A stretch of 64,000 nucleotides of DNA from Eledone cirrhosa (lineage: Eukaryota). How positions within the stretch are numbered: position 1 is the stretch's first letter; each line of letters opens with the position of its first letter. The DNA lies in assembly GCA_964016885.1 (NCBI GenBank), contig OZ024741.1, forward strand, positions 10,726,001 through 10,790,000, given 5' to 3'. The position numbers were made by a program, and so were the translations under genes. The notes beneath the pieces were generated by a model. The model saw only the letters and a program-made list of their open reading frames with translations. It searched no databases and was not told where the DNA came from. Below, piece after piece: positions 57,264 through 64,000 of this stretch.

Positions 57264-58711
57264 AAAAGTGTGTGGGAAGAGAGTTCAAAGGGTGTGTAGG
57301 GGAGTGATGGAGAGACATATAGCAAAAAGGGGGTGAGAGGAAACGGTGCAAATGAAATTAAAAATAAAGGCATGATCAAAATAAAATTAAAATGGGGTAA
57401 AACAGGTGGTGGAAGGGTGTGGGGCGTGTAGGGGTGGTGGCGGGTGGAGTGGGGAGAGGGAGACGGGGTGTCCGAGCGGGGAGGGCCGAAGGTGGTGTGT
57501 GTGTGTAGGTGTACGTGTGTGTGTGTGTATGTGAAAGCAAGGGTTGGGGGAAGAACGGGGTTGCATGTTCAGGAAGAGGTGTGTGTGGGTGGGGTGTAGG
57601 TCGGAGTGTGTGTGCGTGTGTGGATAGAAGGGTGGGGGGAGAGGATTCCGGAGGCTGAATGTGTAAATATGTGGTGGTACGCACGTGTGTGCGTGGTGTT
57701 TATGCGTGTTGTGGGTGTAGGTGGCGTGTGGCAAAAAAATATGTTTGTGTGTGTGGGGTGAGTGTTAAAGGTAATTCCGTAAAAAGATGTGGTGGAATGC
57801 TTAGTAAAATCCTTGGATGTGGTGGATTCCGGGATCAAGGTTCACATACGTGTAATCCGTGAAGAGATTGGTCGGAAGAGGGGAGATGTGGGGTGCGCGC
57901 GCAACAGGAAGTGGTCAGAGGGTCAAGGCAGGAGGAGTGTTGTGTGTTTGTGTGTGCGGGGAGGTGGTCAGAGGGCATAGCAGCAGTAGGGTAGAATGGT
58001 AAGTGAAGGTGTGTCAGTGTGTGCGGTGGACAGGGGAGAGGATGGGTAGGTGTAAAAGTTGGAGTGAGAAGGGGGGGTGTGTGTATTTGTAGAGGTGTTA
58101 GTGGGATGAGTGAGTGTTTGAGAAAGGGTATGGGTGGAGCGGGGAGAGAAGGGTGTGGGGGACGATGGAGGGAGTGTAGTGTACTGGTGTGTGTGTTTGG
58201 TGAAGGGGGTGTTAGTGGGTGTTAGTATACAGGAGGTGGAGAAAGGGTTGAATGCGGGTGTGAGTGGGGGTCAGTGGTGGTAGGGTGTGTAGAGTGGGTG
58301 GTGTAAGAGGGTGTGTGTGTACGTGTGCGTAGGGTTGGGGGGTGTTAGTGATGTTAGTTGCGTGTAGGGTAGGTGGTGTAAGTGGGTGAGTGTGTTCGTG
58401 TGCTTGGGGTCAGGGGGTGTTAGTGATGTTAGTTGCGGGGTGGTGGGGTGGATGTGTGGGGGTGAGGGTTAGTGGTGGTAGTAGGGTGTGTGTTTAGTGT
58501 GAGTGCGTGTATATATGTGCCGGTGGGTGTGTGCGTGTGATAAGGAGGGGGAGGAGAAGAAGGGAGGGATGTTAGTATGTTAGTTGGGGAAGGGTGGTCG
58601 GATGTGGGGTGGAGGTGTTAGTATTGTTAGTTGTGGGGTGGGCGGTGAAAAGGAGGGGGGTGTTAGTGGTGTTAGTGGGGGATATGTGTGGGGGGAGGGG
58701 GCGGTCGAAGG

Positions 58712-59844
58712 TTAAAGGAATAAGGGTGGGGAGTTCAGGCCGGGGGGAGTGTGGGTCTGTAAGATGAAGATGGTTCGTTGTTCAACTCTTAGGAGATTGG
58801 CGGGTGTTCCGTGGCATTGGAGTAGGCCACAGACTGTGAGATGGTGTGTGGAATGTCCAGGGGCACCAAAGTGGCGGGCGATGGGGGAACTACCACCGAG
58901 ACGAATATCCCGGAGGTGCTCAGTAAATCTGTCCGCCAGGCGACGTCCAGTCTGTCCGTAGACTGGGTTGGAGGAGGTGCAGCGGAAGGCATGCCGGACA
59001 GAGAGAGAGTGGCCGTTGGGACCCTGGAAGGTGGTGGTGTTGGTGATGTGGGGACAGGTGTTGCAGCGGGGCCTAGAACAGGGAAAGGAACCGGGGGGAA
59101 GAGAGCGTGGGTTGGGGGTAGGGATCTGTGGACGAGGAGGGTGCGGAGATTGCGTGCGCGTTTGAAGGAGGGGAGTGGTGGTGCTGGGAAGATGTGGAAG
59201 GTGGAGGGGTCGAACTGGAGGCGTCGGAAGAGGCGTCGGATGGTGCGGTGGAGGGGTATGGTGGAGGGGTGGTAGGTGAGGGGGAGGGGGAGACGGTGGG
59301 TGGGTGTGCGGTGGTGTGGGGTGAGGGTGGTGGAGCGGTGGTCAGCACGGGCGCGGGTGAGAGCGGTGTGGACGAGAGTGGGGGGATAACCTCTGCGGAT
59401 GAAATGGCTGACTAGGGAAAGGGCCTGGGACTCAAAGTCGGCGGATCCTGAGGAGTTGGGAGTAGGGAATAGAGTGTTTAGTGTGTGTAGGGTGGGAAGA
59501 GGTGAAGTCGAGGTAAGAGTGGGAGTCGATGGGTTTGAAGAAGGCGGAGGTGACGAGGGAGTGGTGGGAGGGATCGAAGGCGACGGAGATGTCTAAGAAG
59601 TGGACGTGGGTGGTGGAGATAGAGGTGGTGAAGTGGAGGGAGGGGTGGAAGGAGCAGAAGAAGGAGAGAAAGGAGTCGAGCTGTTCTCGGGTGAGGGTCG
59701 TGGCTCCGATACAGTCGTCGATGTAACGACCGTACAGTTCGGGCGTGGGGCCGGTGTACTGAGCAAAGATTTGGGCCTCAACATGGCCAACAAAAAGGTT
59801 GGCATAGTTTGGGCCCATTCTTGTACCCATGGCTACCCCCGTGA

Positions 59845-59846
<2 letters not shown>
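58712..59846 (-). pseudogene. Penelope-like RT (C-terminal half) + Cys-rich linker + GIY-YIG endonuclease, frameshifted
   Basis: Reconstructed minus-strand translation: VTGVAMGTRMGPNYANLF..RYIDD..FLD..KPIDSHSYL..SSHP..IPYSQLLRIRRL / DFESQ..FIRRGYP..LTYHP..SFKRARNLRTLLV / GSFPCSRPRCNTCPHI..FRCTSSNPVY-GQTGRRLADRFTEH..ARHF..EQRTIFILQTHTPPGLN..* (TAA at 58714-58712). Two frameshifts. Confidence 0.92.

Positions 59847-59904
<58 letters not shown>
59847..59904. repeat. (TA)n microsatellite
   Basis: Direct reading. Confidence 0.97.
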
Positions 59905-59909
<5 letters not shown>

Positions 59910-60043
59910 ATACTTTGGGAGGGTCATGTTGCCAATAAGAAATACACACACCAGTTGCTTTCACTTCAATTTATTATAAATATAAATTTTATAAATTTCC
60001 GGTTGGTTGTTTGGTTCCAGAACCGGATGGTTGTTCTTATATT

Positions 60044-60086
60044 GTCAAAGTTCTTTCGTCACACATTCTGTGACCCCTTCAGTGAC
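60044..60086 (-). ncRNA. Hammerhead motif (left arm) with core change CTGAAGA>CTGAAGG
   Basis: Reverse complement GTCA-CTGAAGG-G-GTCACA-GAATG-TGTGAC-GAAAGAACTT-TGAC; otherwise identical to the right arm. Confidence 0.7.
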
Positions 60087-60301
60087 TGGGGATTCTTTTC
60101 TGTGTGTTTTTATTTGAAACACACACAAATAGAACAAACAACTAACTAGTAACATGTAAATAAACAAATAAATAAACAAATAAAAACACACACAGACACC
60201 CGGATGTAACACATGCGCAAACTAAGCACACAGCACACACAAAAACAAGATGGCGTAGGACAGAACAAAGGAGAGGCACAAAACAAAGAAAAGAATCTCC
60301 A

Positions 60302-60344
60302 GTCACTGAAGAGGTCACAGAATGTGTGACGAAAGAACTTTGAC
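60302..60344 (+). ncRNA. Minimal type I hammerhead ribozyme (right arm)
   Basis: GTCA-CTGAAGA-G-GTCACA-GAATG-TGTGAC-GAAA-G-AA-CTT-TGAC: stem I GTCA/TGAC, a 6-bp stem II, short stem III AG/CT and NUH=CUU. Confidence 0.8.
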
Positions 60345-60690
60345 AATATAAGAACAACCATCCGGTTGTGGAACCAACCAACCAACCGGAAATTTATAAA
60401 ATTTATAATAAATTGAACTGAAACAACTGGTGCGTGTGTTTCTTATTGACAACATGACCCTCCCAAAGTATAACAATATCGGTTTTAACACACGTTTTCA
60501 GATAAAAAATCTTGCTAAACAATTCAGAAACGAAATATATATATGTATTGTTGTAATAATATTGTCAGAAATGATAACAGTACACACTCACTGTTTGGTT
60601 GGTTTTCACTGCTGTATCTTTTATATCTCCATAGTTAATTTATTTGGCAATCAATGTGTATCACTGATTGACCAGCGGTTAAAAATACAG

Positions 60691-60743
<53 letters not shown>
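60691..60743. repeat. (TA)n microsatellite
   Basis: Direct reading. Confidence 0.95.
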
Positions 60744-60747
<4 letters not shown>

Positions 60748-60783
60748 ATCAAAGTTCTTTCGATATGCGACCTCATCAGTGGT
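60748..60783 (-). ncRNA. Degenerate hammerhead fragment between TA runs
   Basis: Reverse complement ACCA-CTGATGA-GGTCGCATATC-GAAAGAACTT-TGAT. It shares GAAAGAACTTTGA with the fold-back element; stems I and II are imperfect. Confidence 0.55.
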
Positions 60784-60978
60784 ACTATATATATATAGTA
60801 ATGTTAATAAATGTGAAGACTAAAATCCGAAGAGGGCTCGATAAGGATAATATATATATCAAACTATATAAAACCATAGAGCAAATATTTATAAAAATAA
60901 CAGGTTAAAGTTTAAGCAAAGAATCGCTGCTGTCACCCTTAACACTTTCAGAAGATCCTGTTAAGGGTGAAAGCCTTA

Positions 60979-61107
<129 letters not shown>

Positions 61108-61349
61108 ACCTGTTTGTATATATCGTTGTTATAAACTATGTCCATATACATTTGGTCGTTTTATTCTTGGTGTCACCCTTTATTAACTTTGTCGTTTACT
61201 CTGGAGGAAAATGTTTTAACTTTTCACACCATTCAGTGCTTTGTGACTGCCTCAAACAATTTCATTGGTACCAGTTATACTGCGGCTACTGCTTCCATTT
61301 TTATATATTTATTATATATATATATGTATTGTCATTATTATTATTATAA

Positions 61350-61950
61350 GGCGGTGGATTGGCAACACCAGGAGAACATCGGATAAGATGCTTTGTAACA
61401 TATAGTTACGGCCCTTTACATTCTGAAATTACATCTCACTGCGGTTAGCTTTGCCATTCATTCTTACAAGGTCGATAAAATAAAGTACCAGTAATACACT
61501 GGAGGCGATTTATTCGACTTTCCCTTTCCCCCAAATTGTTGGCCTTGTGCCTAAATCAGAAACAATTATTATCATAGCGGTGAATTGGCAGAACCAGTAG
61601 AGCATCGGGTAACATGCTTTGTAACATATAACACGGCCCTTGACATTCTGTGGTCAAATCCCGCCGAGGTTAGCTTTACCTTTCATCATTAAGAGGTCGG
61701 TAAAATAAAGTACCAGTAACACACTGAGATCAATTTAATCGACTTTCTGCTTCCCCTTCAAATTGCTGGCCTTTTGCCAAATGTTGAAACAATTATTAAT
61801 AGAACGGTGGATTAGCAATATCGGTAGAGCGTCGGACAACATGCTTTGTGGTATATAGTTACGGCCCTTTACATTCTGACGTCGTTTTAATCGACTCTCC
61901 CCTCTCCTTTATATTGCTGGCCTTCTGCCAAAAAGTAGAAATAATTATTA
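61350..61950 (+). mobile_element. Three head-to-tail diverged tRNA-type SINE copies (~226-bp period; third internally deleted)
   Basis: Starts GGCGGTGGATTGGC (61350), AGCGGTGAATTGGC (61576) and AACGGTGGATTAGC (61803). A-box-like TGGCAGAACCAGTAG and B-box-like GGTCAAATCC are present. Copies 1-2 share the core GGTCG(A/G)TAAAATAAAGTACCAGTAA, and each ends GAAA(C/T)AATTATTA. Confidence 0.8.
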
Positions 61951-62145
61951 ATAGTAGGGGTTTGTTTTTGCTACCATCTCTATATTTTCTATGTTTTTAA
62001 TATTGATGTTGTTGTTACCAGCGTCTTGTTGTTGTTATATTGTTTATCTATTGATTATATTTGTTTGTTTGTTTATTTATTCAATCAATGCCCGATCACT
62101 GTGCAATATACTCTCATAATTGCTTTACTTAAGAAATTCAGCCAA

Positions 62146-62221
62146 ACAAGCAGAACAACAGCAACAACAACAACAACAACAGCAACAACAACAGCAGCAG
62201 CAGCAACAACAACAACAACAA

Positions 62222-62253
<32 letters not shown>

Positions 62254-62341
62254 GCAGCAACAACAACAACAACAACAGCAGCAGCAGCAGCAACAACAAC
62301 AACAGCAGCAACAGCAACAACAACAACAACAACAATAATAA
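62146..62341 (+). repeat. (CAA/CAG)n trinucleotide microsatellite
   Basis: Mixed caa/cag run ending in taa units. Confidence 0.97.
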
Positions 62342-62414
62342 TGGAATACAGTCATCACTTCCCAAAAGGACAACAAAATGAATCACAAACTAAAACAGAG
62401 ATGTATAAAATACA

Positions 62415-62445
<31 letters not shown>

Positions 62446-62487
62446 TATATATGCGTGTGTGTGTGTATATATATATATATTGTATTT

Positions 62488-62520
<33 letters not shown>

Positions 62521-62638
62521 ATATATATATTGTATTTTATATATATATATGTGTGTGTGTCTGTGGGTGTGTATGTGGGTGGGTGTTTGTGTGTGCGTGA
62601 TGTATTTTTATATATCTTTATATATTTATATATATATA
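62415..62638. repeat. Compound (TA)n/(TG)n/(CA)n microsatellite
   Basis: Direct reading. Confidence 0.9.
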
Positions 62639-62899
62639 CAGAATTTTCTTTTTTTTTCAACTATTTCTAAATTTCGCGAGTTTACTGTTCGTGACAAAAG
62701 CATCTTCTGTGACAATACATTCTGCTCATCCGATGGCTGCTTGTATCATTTGCCATCTTTCTACACCACTAATAAATGTGTAGACAAATAACTGACATTA
62801 GCTCCTTAATTGTTCAATTCGTTGATGGGGGAAAATCACTCCTGCAAACAGAAACATCTAAATGATATATTAACAGTTCTTTGTCACCACCTCTCCCCG

Positions 62900-63290
<391 letters not shown>

Positions 63291-63672
63291 AGTTTATTTC
63301 TAGATTTAAATTTTTTTCCGCAGCTAATGCGCGGCCATACTTTTAAATGGCTGCCGCTTTTGTTGATTTTGTTGTTGAGACAGTGGTATTGTCTGTTAAT
63401 ACTGACTGTTCTTGCTGTTACTGTTGTTGTTGTCGTTGTTGTTGTTGATGTTTTTTGTACTGTTATAATAAATATGTTGTTATTTTACTGTTGCTATTGC
63501 TCATTCTAATTCTTCTTCCGGTTCGACTTGTGTTGCGAAAAGATTTCAAATAAAAAACGGAATACATAAAGAAATAAGGAAAGTGTAATGTGTTAGGATT
63601 GTGTTTATATTTTTTTAATTTGAAAGAAAATATAGAAACAGTGGAAGAGACGATGAATAGATGAAGGCACGA

Positions 63673-64000
<328 letters not shown>

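Larger units (their letters stand above)
57143..59846 (-). mobile_element. 5'-truncated Penelope-like element (Neptune-like) with long 3'UTR/pseudo-LTR, flanked by (TA)n on both sides
   Basis: RT to GIY-YIG pseudogene at 59846-58712, a C-rich 3'UTR, a hammerhead motif at 57231-57263 and AATAAA (minus strand) at 57189-57194. Confidence 0.9.
59902..60479. mobile_element. Non-coding palindromic (fold-back) element with ~200-bp inverted arms, each carrying a hammerhead motif
   Basis: ATATTGTTATACTTTGGGAGGGTCATGTTG.. (59902) is the reverse complement of ..CAACATGACCCTCCCAAAGTATAACAATAT (60479). The arms align over ~59902-60100 and ~60286-60479. Confidence 0.88.

Noticed and set aside
58943-58954. 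AGACTGGACGTC in the Penelope endonuclease (minus strand) resembling the satellite monomer
   Set aside because: Only ~11-12 bp with a mismatch, and it encodes conserved QTGRR; too short to indicate satellite origin from the element.
58019-59938. Plus-strand Gly/Val/Glu-rich ORFs
   Set aside because: Antisense shadows of the C-rich Penelope sequence.
60826-60890. CCGAAGAGGGCTC..GAGC as another hammerhead
   Set aside because: Core has C in place of the invariant U, there is no GAAA box after the putative stem II, and no stems I/III.
62026-62670. PolyQ / polyT-A / polyC / polyL ORFs
   Set aside because: Translations of a CAA/CAG microsatellite flanked by other simple repeats; no domain or exon evidence.

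Overview
Eukaryotic, entirely repetitive window with no intact protein-coding gene. The host is probably a cephalopod/octopus-like animal; this is an inference from the SINE/RTE motifs and microsatellite load. Bases 1-~53,568 are one uninterrupted, single-orientation satellite of a quasi-palindromic 27-bp monomer (ACTGGACATCTAAGGTCAGGTCTCTAG). It has a 30-bp variant (..CATATATTAAG..) and nested higher-order duplications from 138 bp to ~12 kb. The long ORFs in it are artefacts of the 27/30-bp periodicity. The array ends abruptly at a decayed R4/Dong-like (RT + CCHC + restriction-like endonuclease) retrotransposon. The last ~10 kb is a chain of microsatellites containing a bipartite RTE-derived short element, tRNA-type SINEs (one inverted fragment and a head-to-tail trimer) and a 5'-truncated Neptune-like Penelope element (RT, Cys linker, GIY-YIG, hammerhead motif). 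It also holds a ~580-bp non-coding palindromic element with a minimal hammerhead ribozyme motif in each arm, and a further isolated hammerhead fragment of that family. The hammerhead-bearing fold-back element and the layered satellite are the most noteworthy items. All coordinates and alignments were read by eye.
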